Assembly (NCBI GenBank): GCA_045837725.1 | Contig: JBEWZL010000198.1 | Coordinates: 62,001-126,000 of the forward strand | Reading direction: 5' to 3' | Length of the DNA stretch: 64,000 nt | From: Vermamoeba vermiformis | Taxonomy: Eukaryota | In this document: positions 25,509 to 42,210 of the stretch, piece by piece | Layout: each line of letters starts with the position of its first letter | How positions within the stretch are numbered: the stretch's first letter is position 1 | Program-made: the position numbers and the translations under genes | The notes under the pieces: generated by a model | Databases searched by the model: none | Seen by the model: only the letters and a program-made list of their open reading frames with translations | What the model was told of the DNA's origin: nothing

Positions 25509-28500
25509 ATGGAATCAGAAGAATCGAAGATCTGGTTCAAACATCGACATGCCTCAATGATATTGCAAAGAGATCTATTGGATCGAGAGTTGATTACATA
25601 TTATGAAGGAGAAAATTTAATACAGCATAATAGAAATCAGGTATACATAGCAAATTAAATCAAAATTACGTAATCAAATAAAATAAATTTATTAACGATT
25701 TAAATTGCAAAATTATCGCATCGGTCATAGAAATAATTATGGTGGCTATTTATGATAATTATAGCTTGGCGGAATTTTCCTATTCATTTGCTTGATCTGA
25801 CATTTTTATCAATATTTAGTTCTCGGCCTATCTTTTGGATCCAAGTGGCAACTCACAATCAATTTTGATTTCAATAACGAACTTTAGAATAATCGTAAAA
25901 TCGTTTGAAAATGCGGACGCAGTCTGGGTAAGATCTAAATTTGAAAAATCAAGATCCAACTCTAACGACCTTGTATTTCAATAGGTCCCTATAATGACCG
26001 TCGACTCTATCAAAAGAGACGGCAACGTCTGCGTATTAAATTGCAAGGACGTCAGGACATTGAAATTTGTTTTCGATTCGAATGATGACTCGAGTTTATG
26101 GTTTTATAATTATTTAAAGCCGCTCTTGGAGGTGCAAAATTTGGAAGATTTATTTGCCTTCCATTATAGGCCATTTAAAATCGAAACGAATGGCTGGGAG
26201 GTTTGGAACCCCGTGGAGGTAAGTCCATCTGTCTGGATGTCGTTACACGCCATTACAAAAAATTATATAATGGCTTAATATCCTTACATTAATAATGTTG
26301 ATTATGTTCATTAATAATACGAGGTAATTGGATAACACTAATTTTTATAATTTTGTTTTAGTATTGGCGAACGCTGATCGCGCCAGTGTCGGATTACTGG
26401 TGCATAACAGATGCTAATATACAATACGGCATATGTCCTACGTACTCGAAATATCTTGTCGTGCCTAGACAATGCAACACGAAGAAAATTCTGCGCGAGA
26501 GTGCGCTCTTCAGAACAAAACGGAGGTCTGTAATTAAATTTACTATAAATGGTAATAGGTGGTTTTAATCGTACTCGGCTATACTTAGGTTTCCGGTATT
26601 AAACTGGCGTCATCCAACAAAAATCAGCATTACCTTGTCGCGCTGTTCGCAGCCCAAGACAGGCATTGCAGGCAAACAAAGCAAGTCAGACGAGGCCCTC
26701 ATTCAAGCGATCAGACTCAGCAACAAATTGTCGAATTATTTGTACATCGTTGATTGCAGACCTAAAGCTAACGCGCTCGGTACGTGACTCGATGCGAGAG
26801 TGACACTTTGAATGACACTTTTGACACGTGCTGACACCTCATGGTACTATCTAGGCAACACGATTGCAAAGGGTGGCTACGAGTCTTCAAATGTCTATTA
26901 CAACTGTCGCGTCGAGTTCATGAACATTGGCAACATTCACACAATGCGAGACTCGTGGCAACGATTGATGTCTATTGCCAAGTCATCCTATGAAGGTGGT
27001 GACGATTATAGGTGGTGCAGTGACCTCGAAAACACTGGCTGGTTGAAGGTAAGAATGACACGTGTCACTCATCTCCACCTTCTGGAAACCGACTCACGCC
27101 CACTTCTTTAAAGCACATCAAATTGATTCTTAAAGCCACGCTAGAAATGGTTAAATATATGGAAATTAATAACAGCTCCGTCGTGGTGCATTGGTACGTA
27201 CTTAAATATTTGACACGCGTCACTTTTGACACTTCGAGTTTGACACGTGTCATTTTGTTAGCTCCGACGGATGGGACCGTACCTCACAACTGTGCAGTCT
27301 AGTGCAACTATTGATCGATCCGTTCTTCAGAACAATTAGAGGCTTTGAAATACTCATTGAAAAGGAGTGGTGTTCGTTTGGTTACAAATTTGGATCTCGA
27401 ACAGGTACGCTTGAAACCTTCTGTTTATCGCACGATATTAATAATTTGTATAGGACATGCTAAGAACCAGCCTAGCGATGAAAGATCACCTGTCTTTGTG
27501 CAATTTTTAGACTGTGTTTGGCAGGTCATTCAACAGTTCCCAACAGCTTTTGAATTCAACGAAGAACTGTTGATTTTCATCGCAGATTCGTTATATAATT
27601 GTCAATATGGAACCTTCTTGGGAGATTGCGAGCTAGCACGAATGGATTATAGAAATGTAAGTGTGACTTCTATGAATCGTTTGGAGCACATCCGATCGGA
27701 TCTGCCGTTACACGAGCCATCTCGATCAATCTAACCACTATCATTCCTTTAATATAGAAGACTCAGTCATTGTGGTCATTTGTAAATACAAGAGATAATA
27801 CTGCGAGATTCTCTAACCCTCTTTACGCTCCACGAAGTGACGTGTTATGGATCTCAACTTCATCTAAAGTAATTCGGTTCTGGGAGGTACTCATACATAT
27901 AATATTACTACGAATATATTTACTTAATTTTCTTAGAATTATTGGCTGCGGTGGGATCAAGATTATCGAGTGGTTACTAAAGCGAATGAATATCATAAGA
28001 ACCACGTACAAGACTTGAAGAAAAGAATTAAAGAGTTAGAAAAGCAGCTAAATAATCAAATGATGAATCAATTCAAGAACTTAACGACCATTGCTGAAGC
28101 AGAAGCGACCACATCCACATCCACAAAACGAAACTCGTTGGGACCGAAGAATCCGTTAGCTGCCTCAGCGACTATCATCAACGACGATGCGTTAGTGCAT
28201 GCTCAAGACGATGACAACAATATTACTGGCGCAGATGATGGGCCAGGCTCGAGTAACAACCGAGCAGATCTGCAAGAAAGTGACGACAGCATCAGCAGCT
28301 CTAGCAACAATAATAGTCCTAAGAGCACCTCGCAGCGGAACAGTTTAGAGGAGTTTGTAAATATGCGCAGCTACAATAACGATGGCCCGAACAACAAGAT
28401 GAATGATAGCGGCGGGATCCAGATGCAAGACATGAGTCCGAAGCCTGAAGAAATAACAGAAGTACCTCCATTAGAAAATAGTAACAATAGTGTCGCCCCC

Positions 28501-28641
28501 AATAGGAACCCTTTGCACTCGTTTGGAAGTGTGGGCAATTCATTTGCGCGGAAAGTCAATTTGAATCAGTTCTTGGTCGGCGATGATTATCAAGCACCGC
28601 CCAATTACACCAACAATGCGCCCAATAACAATAAAAGCTAA
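25509..28641 (+). CDS. Myotubularin-family phosphoinositide 3-phosphatase (active-site motif intact)
   Basis: [27 protein letters not shown], spliced [37 protein letters not shown], coiled coil and Asn/Ser-rich tail. Confidence 0.93.
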
Positions 28642-29023
28642 TTGCTCACTGGCACTACCGTCATAAGCGTTACTCGCTTGACATTTGTTGAGGCGACAAA
28701 TCTTTGATCGCCACTCAATATGCTTCTGTTAACACTGCGTACGCCTCATACTCCACTACTGTTGTAGACGAATATTCCAAGCCAAAGTGCGCTACAGGTT
28801 GCTTCTCCATCCGCATGTGGTAAGTTCGACCTCAAGTCAGAAATCCAACTCCATTCACTGTACCTCAGGCAGGATTGCTTTGCTTGCCACCTCTTAAGTT
28901 GAATATCGACTTTAATGCACGAGTTTCAAGTACTCAGACTGAAATTTCGTAAGTGCGCGTCAAAGATTTAAATCAGTGACACAACCTGTTGCATGTTTCT
29001 GTTATACCATTAAGAACAACACG

Positions 29024-29760
29024 ATGGCGAGACCAGCAGCTGTTCGGCGATTAATTAAAGAATATACCTGCATGGCTAAAGGAACCAATCGAGGGCGTAT
29101 TTCTCAAGCCAAATCCGAGTGACCTCCGTACTTGGGAGGGAGTCTTCGAAGGGCCAAAAGGCACTCCTTATGAAGGAGGTGTATATTTGTTGGAAATTAA
29201 ATTTCCTGAGGATTATCCGTTCAAAGTAAGTCAGTTTACCCGAAAGACTTTTACTACATCCAAATAAATTATTAATTAAATTCGTAAGTCTCTAATACAT
29301 TTTTTATAGATGCATTCTATTACGGTCAAAACAAAAATTCATCATATCAATATTAACGACAAAGGAAAAGCGTGGTTGATTTCTCCAGGTATGATCCAGA
29401 TCTGTGTGGGCTCCTGTACACGAGAATAATATTTAATACCAAAGATAACTGGTCTCCTGCACTGACTGCGGCAAAAAGTCTGCAGATATTGATGAATCTG
29501 GTAAACACGCCAGATGAGGAGGTTGCAATGGTAGTTCTCCGCTATAATTGCAATGCGATCGATTTATTAATATGATTTAATATATATTAGAGCCAAGCTA
29601 CGTATGATGAATGGGCTGAGGACCGCGCTGCATTCAATGAAAAGGCGCGAATGATGCGAGACATGTACGCAGTGGGTGACATTAGAGATTGGTACCATTT
29701 GCATCAAGATCCTGATTGGGAGAAGAATTACGCTGCCGTAAGTAATATTTATAAGGCTTT
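29024..29760 (+). pseudogene. Ubiquitin-conjugating (E2) fold gene lacking catalytic Cys, with a frameshift near the start
   Basis: MARPAAVRRLIKEY, then a frame change near 29078-29080 to KEPIEGVFLKP...GPKGTPYEGG...FPEDYPFK. The active-site region reads HHININDKGKAWLISP with no Cys. 3' end approximate. Confidence 0.7.
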
Positions 29761-29872
29761 TTTAAGCGAAATCGACTTGAACTTTAGCAACAGAATTCTC
29801 GAACTTTTCTTCGCGGTTATTTATCGCCTTTAAAATATCATATTCAGTCGTATTTTCTATCGTATATACCTA

Positions 29873-30581
29873 ATGAGCTTTACTCCTTTCTCATTCTCAT
29901 CGCCATTTGGTTTTCAGCCTCGGCCTCAGCCTCAGCCTCAACCAGCAACCACATCCACGCAAATCCAGCCAACGCCGTCGTTTTCTTTTGGCATAACACC
30001 TTCTGCTACTACTACCAATCCAAGTACTACTTCTCTATTTAGTGCTCCTGCGCCAGAAACAGCTCAAAAACAATTATTTGCAGCAAAACAACAACTACGA
30101 CATGAATACGAAGAATTAGTGGCGCATCCGATTCCATCTATCGTTGCTGCACCCGATCCTGAGAATCCAATGCATTGGACAGGTATGATCTCTATTATAA
30201 GCAATTAATTAGTCGATTTTACTGACCTGGATCAGGCGTCATCGATGAACTTTCTGGAACTCCTTATGGAAATGACTTATTCAAGTTTGAAATCGTGTTT
30301 TCGTCTGGAGGTACAGCAGTAAGTAATATTTTAATTATATTTTTCTCGAATACACTCATTTACGTCCTTTCAAAGCCGACGATCAAAGTTACCACGCCGA
30401 TCAAGCACCCGTTTATCACTACAGATGCCCCTATAGACATCTATCAAGTACTTAATGGTAAGATATACAGAAAATAGCATTACAAAGACTAATCGGCATT
30501 ATTTAAGGATATTACAATCCAACCACGACAGTTTCAGATCTGTTACGCGGCTTGGTCGCCTTAATGAAGAGGCTAAAGTGA
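29873..30581 (+). CDS. E2 variant (UEV-like) with Phe/Ser/Thr/Pro low-complexity N-terminus
   Basis: QQLRHEYEEL, PENPMHWTG, GTPYGNDLFKFEI, KPTIKVTTPIKHPFI. No Cys at the active-site position. Ends YYNPTTTVSDLLRGLVALMKRLK*. Confidence 0.65.
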
Positions 30582-31045
30582 TCCTATATTAATGTAAATA
30601 GTGTAAATGCAATTTTATACTTCTTTCTGCATGTTTCGTTGATGTACAAGGTAGATTTGGCTGGTCTTTAAACTCGATCTCCTCACATACGGTAATCACA
30701 GGCCTTAATACCGAGTGCAACTGCATCGCTAAGTTTATTAATGATGAAAATATAATACTTTCATCAATCGATAGCTAAGTAATTGATTTCTTATTTACTT
30801 CTCAATCCTAACTCGATCGCGCACCGTTCAGTGAACAAAAAGTGCTGACTGTAGCGCCCTGATTGATGACGATGCAACACGACAGTCACGTGATCGAAAT
30901 TTGAGCTGCCGACCAAACTTTTGTCACAACATTTTTTTGATAAATTTAAAAACAAGATTTTTGTTTGAATGTTTTTCAATCCGTTTGTGAAAACACTACT
31001 ACACAGCTCATATAGAGCATTCATATACATCATACACACCCTACT

Positions 31046-31756
<711 letters not shown>

Positions 31757-32008
31757 TATCACCTATTCTGTTAATTATACTGCTCTTGTATTATTATTAT
31801 CCTCTATTAAGCAATAAATCTCGCCTGAGATTGATGCGGCGAATATTTTTCGGTTAAAAACCGACCAGCGACAAATTTTCATTAATTTGACGCTGTATAT
31901 TATTCTCCCTATTATTAACTATTTTGAATATAACAAATTTATTATTTTAAAATGGCCCTCAAAAAAATGAGGGTTGAAATTTTCAAAATTTTTTGTATGG
32001 CAATAATT

Positions 32009-35699
<3,691 letters not shown>

Positions 35700-36118
35700 A
35701 CTTGTTAAATGTGTTATATTAGGGCCTGATGGATAAGAATAACTATTTTTTGGCCGTTGGAAATCTTACTAGTAAAAAATTTCCGCTTAGTTTTCATGGC
35801 CTGAACGAACCATTACCAGATATGTGCCTAATTGTACCTCAATTTAAGGCTCCTACATCAATAATTCGATTTGTAGTCAATCTACGGACAGATCGTCAAA
35901 TGCCAAAGTTCGATCAAGGGACTTGGGCCCAGTAATAAGAACAGAATGTATTTGACTTAAGTATAGGACCGTGTTTTTCTCCTATTGTCGTTCGTTGGGT
36001 TGCTTTCACATCACGTTCGACAAAGTTCTTGTGAAGTCACGAGTTCTCGCGCCACAAAACTATTTTCAATATCAATTTGTTAACAGTAGAACAGACTGCA
36101 TTAACAATATTAAGCACC

Positions 36119-38095
36119 ATGGCTTCTAGAATTAGTGCTTTCGCAGCACGTCAATTGGCCAGATCCACTCGGGTAAGTGCATCCAAGCCTGACAGCTCCC
36201 TACATTGGCGAGCTTGTACTCATCAATTATTGTATAATAATTATTAGTATTTTTTTAGGTGGTCTCGGCCTCGAAAAACTTTTCACAATCTTTCAAGCGA
36301 CAAATGTCGCAGATCTCTTCAAAAAAGCCCTCTAGCAAAATTGCATTTGCTGGCATATCCGCAATAAGCACGATAGGTAATATATCGAGATTATATTTGA
36401 TATTTATTAATTTTGTCACCATTCTAAATTCAATTTCAATTTGTTTAGGTTTCAGTGCTTGGTTATTCGGATCCAGAGCACCGAAAGAGGAACAAGTCAA
36501 TGAAAAGCAGGCCCCTACACATAATGGAAACAATTCTACGTAAGAATTCATTCGATTTTGCTGTGGATCTCGCGTAGCTAATTGCCTTTCAAGCCCTAAA
36601 TTCACGACTCCGCTTCAGAAAGATACGCTGTATGGTTGGGGCGCCAATAACCTGCTATTGGAGTCGTCTGATAGTAATATGCATTTTACTCCGATTCAAG
36701 TAAGTTTACAGAATTTTTTCCAAAAGTGGATACTAAAGTACAATTTTATTGTGTAGCTACAAAATATTGAAAACAAATTAAAACAAAAATTCGAGTCCAT
36801 TGCATTAGGAAAGAGCATTGCCGCTGGTATAGGTACGATCAAGAAAAAATTGTAGTCTATTTCCTGATTAGTACGAGTCGATCTGACTGCAATTTAAATA
36901 GGCAAAGACAAGAAGCTCTATATCTGGGGCGACAAAACTGAACCTCAAGTCGTTTCGAAAAATCAGTTCAATCAAGTAAGTTCAAGTCCAGATCGAGAAA
37001 CAAGCGTACTGACTTGTTTTGCTTCTCAGGTCGCTATAGGCAGCAATGACTTGGTCGTAGTCGTCGACAGTCACGGTGCAGCTCACATTCTCGATGTTCC
37101 GAGCAAACAATTCGTGCAGATTGGCGGTGAAGTGTCGAAGAAAAAGATTGATCAAGGTAAGATCTGACGCACAAGATGAATACTGCTAGAGGCCTTTACT
37201 AACTATTTTTATCTTCTAGTTGCTGTCGGTGCCAATCACGTGGCATTATTGACTACGGACGGGCTCGTGTACACTTACGGCAATAATTTGTTGGGTCAAC
37301 TTGGCACGGGTGACACCAATACTGTAACGGATTCGGTTCAAGTAACCAAATTCAGACGTACGTTGGTCACTTTTGAAGTACACTAACAATGGCTAAATTA
37401 ATTGTTCTTGCAGCCACTGACCCCGTAGTGAGTTTGGCTTGTGGATCCAATCACACGGTTGCAGTGACGCGCAAAGGCAAGGTCTATGCGTTCGGTGACA
37501 ACAAGTCAATGCAGTGCGGTCACGACATCCAAACTGAATCGGTCAAATTGGACAACAGCGATATGAGCAGCGGCTCACCAGAGAGAATTCATCTCTTCGA
37601 GAAAAAACGAGTAAGTGACAACCTCATTTCCTTATTCGGCAATTCAATAACTGACTTCTTTCATCAGATTAAGATGACTAAAGCCATGTGCGGCGACAAT
37701 TTTACCTATTTGGTAGGCAGAACGGGCTCGTTGTGGGCATTTGGCAACAGCCAGTACGGTCAGATCTGCGACGGTCAGCCGAAGCACGTGACAACTCCAC
37801 GTGAGATCAAAAGGGCTCCTTTTGCTGAAGGTGGCGCTGCTAACATCAAGTCATTCTCTTGCGGCTCAAAACATTGTGCTGCTGTAAGTACCACGTTGAC
37901 TTTTTTGACCCGAGCTCGAAACTTACAAGCATTTAGTTGATGAACAACGGTGATTTGTGGAGTTGGGGCTGGAACAATGCTGGTCAGTGCGGCACTGGTG
38001 ACAGAGCAATGACTATGACACCGAAATTGGTGCTGAATGACGCGAATATTAAGCAAGTCAGTTGTGGTGGCGACACGACAGTTGTTTTGACTTAA
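36119..38095 (+). CDS. RCC1-repeat protein with mitochondrial-type presequence and TM segment (RCC1L/Fmp25-like)
   Basis: MASRISAFAARQLARSTR N-terminus. Repeats VAVGANH...VYTYGNNLLGQLG, LACGSNH...VYAFGDN, LWAFGNSQYGQ and LWSWGWNNAGQCG. Confidence 0.8.
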
Positions 38096-38485
38096 GTCCA
38101 GGTTAATTATTTTTGTACGGCACTCAGTCGTACATAATCCGCACCATTAGTAACTTCATTGTCATTTTTCTTTAATTAAAGTCTCAAAGTACCGTTTAAA
38201 ATTTCTATTTTTGGTACAACTTGCGCAACTCTTCTTAGGAACTTTCGACTTTTACTTAAGTTATCGATAACGTTTCGATTTGCAGATAGAATTGCCAAGT
38301 TCTTTGCCCGCTTTATTGACGCTCTGTAATAGTATTAGTGCAATAGGTAATGCAAAATCCGCCGGCGCACGCTGCGACAAAAGAATACGAAGGACCAGAA
38401 ATATCTAGGAATCCCAACTTCGTAGGAACCGCAAAAGATACTTTCTTTAATTTTGTGCCACATTTGCCGTTAACACCAATTCACG

Positions 38486-40906
38486 ATGAACATAAACTGC
38501 ACATTAATTTGCGCGTTGTTACTGTGCTCTGTACGAGCCTTTGAAATACAAGATCGATTCACCCTGCCGCCAAATGAAGAAATTAACCAATTAATCGTGA
38601 ATAATGACCACGCATATGCTTTGATTCGTTCATCCAATCCAGGTAGATTTTATGCTCTATTTCACCGCAGTATCGGAAATTGATATTTAATTTTTTATTA
38701 ATTTATTCCAGCAACGCTTTATAATATCGACCTGGGCTCAATGAAGATCATCAATAAGCTACAAATGCCCAATTTTATGGCATCCAAGTCACCCAATCCA
38801 CGACAAAGCTGAAAACAATCTCTACATTATTGCCCGCAACGCATCCTCAAGCACAATCACCAAAAATCTGCTGACAATTGATCTTAATACATTCCAAGTA
38901 AAATCAATATCGATCGCATCTTTTGGGGTGAGTGCTGTTGTAATTTAATCCAGTAGAAAATTTCTTACCGTTTGAGTCAACAGTGCGATCAGTTGTTCAA
39001 AGCAGGCCCTAAATTCTATTGCATCAATCAAGATCAACAAACCTGTACCATCATTCGCATTGACGCCAAGACCTTTACGCCCGAAGGTAATCGGATCCTA
39101 CCACGAAATACAATACTTACGCTCTCTTATAGCTGAGAAACAGCAATATTGCCAGCCTGACCCAAGAGGGTAAGTCTTGTATATCTTAGAGCGGTACAGT
39201 CGTCTCTAACTTCTTTTCGAATAGAACGCCCCCGTCGTTAGTCACGCCTGACAATCAATACGCATACCTTGCATATGATATTGCACCATATATTGTTAGT
39301 CTAGCCAACATGGCCATGCAACCTCTACCATATGCCCCCTTCCAGCCTTATCTCAATCAGAAAAAGTCACCCGCGAACATGCAGATTTGCGCTACTCCGG
39401 ATATGACGACTTTGTTTATGAAAGGCTATGAAGCAGCAAGTTTTGTCCGCGTCAATGTTACATCAAAATCAGGCAATGGAAGGTACTATGTTGAGCAAGG
39501 GCGTAGTCTCACTTCTTGCCTTGTGTCACCGGACTCGAAGTACGTCTTTAGCGGTTATTCTGACGGATCCATTCGTCGAGCCGATGCACTCGCACCTTCA
39601 TTTGGAAATGGCTATACTGGTGTCCTATATCAGCTCGATAGCTCAGTTTTAGGTAATTGAATTTTAGTCGCTGCGGATTTCAGGTCTAACTTTATTTCCT
39701 TTTAAGGAATGAAAATACTGGACGATCAACGAACAGTACTCGTCTGGACTATGCATCAAATGCTCAAATTTGATTACAACAATAATATGCAGCCAGACTC
39801 TCCACAAAGACTCGCTCTTCAGCAGAATTTTAGAAACGTTGTTGGAATGACCGTGGATCGCGAAGAAAGATTTGCTTACCTTTACGCGTATGCTCCAATT
39901 ACGACGCCCAACTCGTTGAACTATGTCATCAAGTACGACTTGCAGCAGCGAACGATCGTACAAGTGGCCAATACAACGGGCCTAATTTACACCACTTCAA
40001 CTGCTCAGATCTTCTTAAACGCGAATCAAAATCGACTGCTGATTATCACCGAATATGCTCATATATTAAATCCTGACGATCTCTCCGTGATGTATACCAA
40101 TAGGAACATCTATGTTGGCGATTCTGACGTTTTCCAAGATCCGATAACGAGCGACATCGTAATCGCAGTAAGTAACATACTTCCATATTTGGTAATTTTC
40201 TTCTAAACTATATTGCAGCGGCCAACAGGAACTCTGACGTACAATATTGACACGAACACTACCATGGAGTGCAATGTCTCTCCTCCCCAGTGGCCCCAAT
40301 GGAAGCATTTGATTCGTGGTCCAGACAACCAAGTATTTTTCAGCACTGAGGAAAACTATCCTAAAATGGCCCTGGTAGATCGCACGACTTGTGCCACGAA
40401 AAACTTGAACTTTACATTCGCTCCAGTTAATATATAGAGGCCTAGGTAAAGAATTGCAGCAAGTTTTGTCGGTATTGTTGACACGTGTCATTTAGGGTCG
40501 TACTACAACGGTCAGTATTATCTGCTGGCATATGATTGGGCAAGCAAAGCCAATCTTCTCGCCTACAACCTGGCATCTGGAAATTTCAACCAAGTGGCCA
40601 ATTTTCCCTTTTTTGGTATCATGAGCTCGCAGCTGTCATTCGAAGCAGGTGACAGTTACGTGTTGTTGCCAGCCTTGTTGATAGATGGCTATATTTGGAA
40701 GTTGAACTTGCAAACCAACGGGATGGAGCAATTGCGGCTGCTTTGCTCCTCCGACGGCAAGCTATTATAGTTACAAGTACGTTAATGCTATTTGATAATG
40801 ATTCATGCGAATTTACCCGAAATTAATACTTGTTATGGTTAGAACGAACACTGCTTATATTTTATCCAACACTGAGCCTCCCTCGATTGTGAAGATTAGC
40901 GTTTAA
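38486..40906 (+). pseudogene. Secreted beta-propeller-like protein gene with three frameshifts
   Basis: Signal peptide, beta-strand-rich repeats (SCLVSPDSKYVFSG, MTVDREERFAYLY) and intact splice sites. In-frame stops at 38810-38812, 40435-40437 and 40768-40770 are each rescued by shifting +1. Confidence 0.6.
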
Positions 40907-41046
40907 TACCATACTACTAATAATAAATATGCACCCTCGTGATTAATGATATCACTTACTACGTTCAATTTCGCTCCTTTAGTGGTATTTTTCCTTCACA
41001 ACATTGTACGTCATTATTTTCGTGCATTAAGTCAAACGTAACACAA

Positions 41047-41916
41047 ATGAGCAGCAAAAAAGGAGGCGCAGCGAAGAAAGGAGGTGGTAATAACAACAAT
41101 AACAAGGAGACTAAGATGGCTCCTGCCAACAAGGTCAAAGTTCGACACATCTTGTGCGAAAAGGTAAGGAAAATCATCGTGGTTGTCTAGGCCTTATGGA
41201 TGGAAAATTTGCTTTTATTTCTGTAATAATTTTGCAATTAAACTCTCATTAATAGCCAATCAGCAGTCTGAACAAAATAATTAAAAATAAAATAATTTCA
41301 AATATTATCTCTTTCGTCTACGTTCCCTCGAATAACGTTATTAGTCGAAACAATATGCACAATAATTATTATTTATTTTTTATCGCTTTCAGTAAGCTAA
41401 TATCGTTTGTTCACAGTTGTCAAAAATCACCGAAGCTCAAACCAAGCTACAAGAAGGAATGGCATTTGCTGAGGTGAATGTTACCATAAAATACATCTAT
41501 TATACGCACTTATTACGAATTTAAGCCGTAAAATCACGTTGTAGGCAAGATCTAACTCCCATTTGTTTAGGTCGCTAAAACTTACTCAGAAGACAAAGCA
41601 CGTAACGGAGGTGACTTAGGATGGATGGTGCGCGGCTCTATGGCGTAAGTATTCGTTAATAGATCAGTGTCTATGAGCTATAAAAGCCGTTACACAGATC
41701 AACTTGACAAGGTCACTTTATAACCCTTCCAAATACTACAGTGGTCCTTTCCAAGAAAAAGCGTTCGAACAGCCCATCGGAGTGCCTTCTGAGATTGTTA
41801 AGACCAAGTACGGGTAAGTACTGTTGATCTCGAGATGGAGCACATCTCTCATCGAAGAACCTTTACTAATACTTGATTATAGCTACCATATTATTCTTGT
41901 TGAAGGCCGTCAATAA
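41047..41916 (+). CDS. PIN4: Parvulin-14 type peptidyl-prolyl isomerase
   Basis: Basic KKGG N-terminus, VKVRHILCEK, YSEDKARNGGDLGWM, GPFQEKAF, KTKYGYHIILVEGR. Confidence 0.93.
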
Positions 41917-42210
41917 GCTTGCCGTATAGCCATTAAAACAATCCCGGCTCGTGTTGAAGAAAACCACTTGTGACATACCCTTGTAATTAGAATAATAACT
42001 CTTATTAATTAATGTCGCATTGTTCGTCGCTTTTTTAATGTTACATTACGAAATAATTACCTATCATTAGACCAGCAATGTTATTAATGGTGCCTGCCGG
42101 AGCACGAAAAGTCGCGAGGAAATTTTGTTGTTTAAGAAAAGGCCCAAAATATTCCATGGATTTAAGTTTATTTATTGTAGTTAGATTAACACAATAGATC
42201 GCCATTCATA

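Noticed and set aside
28645-28980. Coding-like composition between myotubularin and the first E2 gene
   Set aside because: The minus-strand frames I translated contain stops, the ORF track lists nothing here, and I recognised no motif. It may be UTR or an unidentifiable relic.
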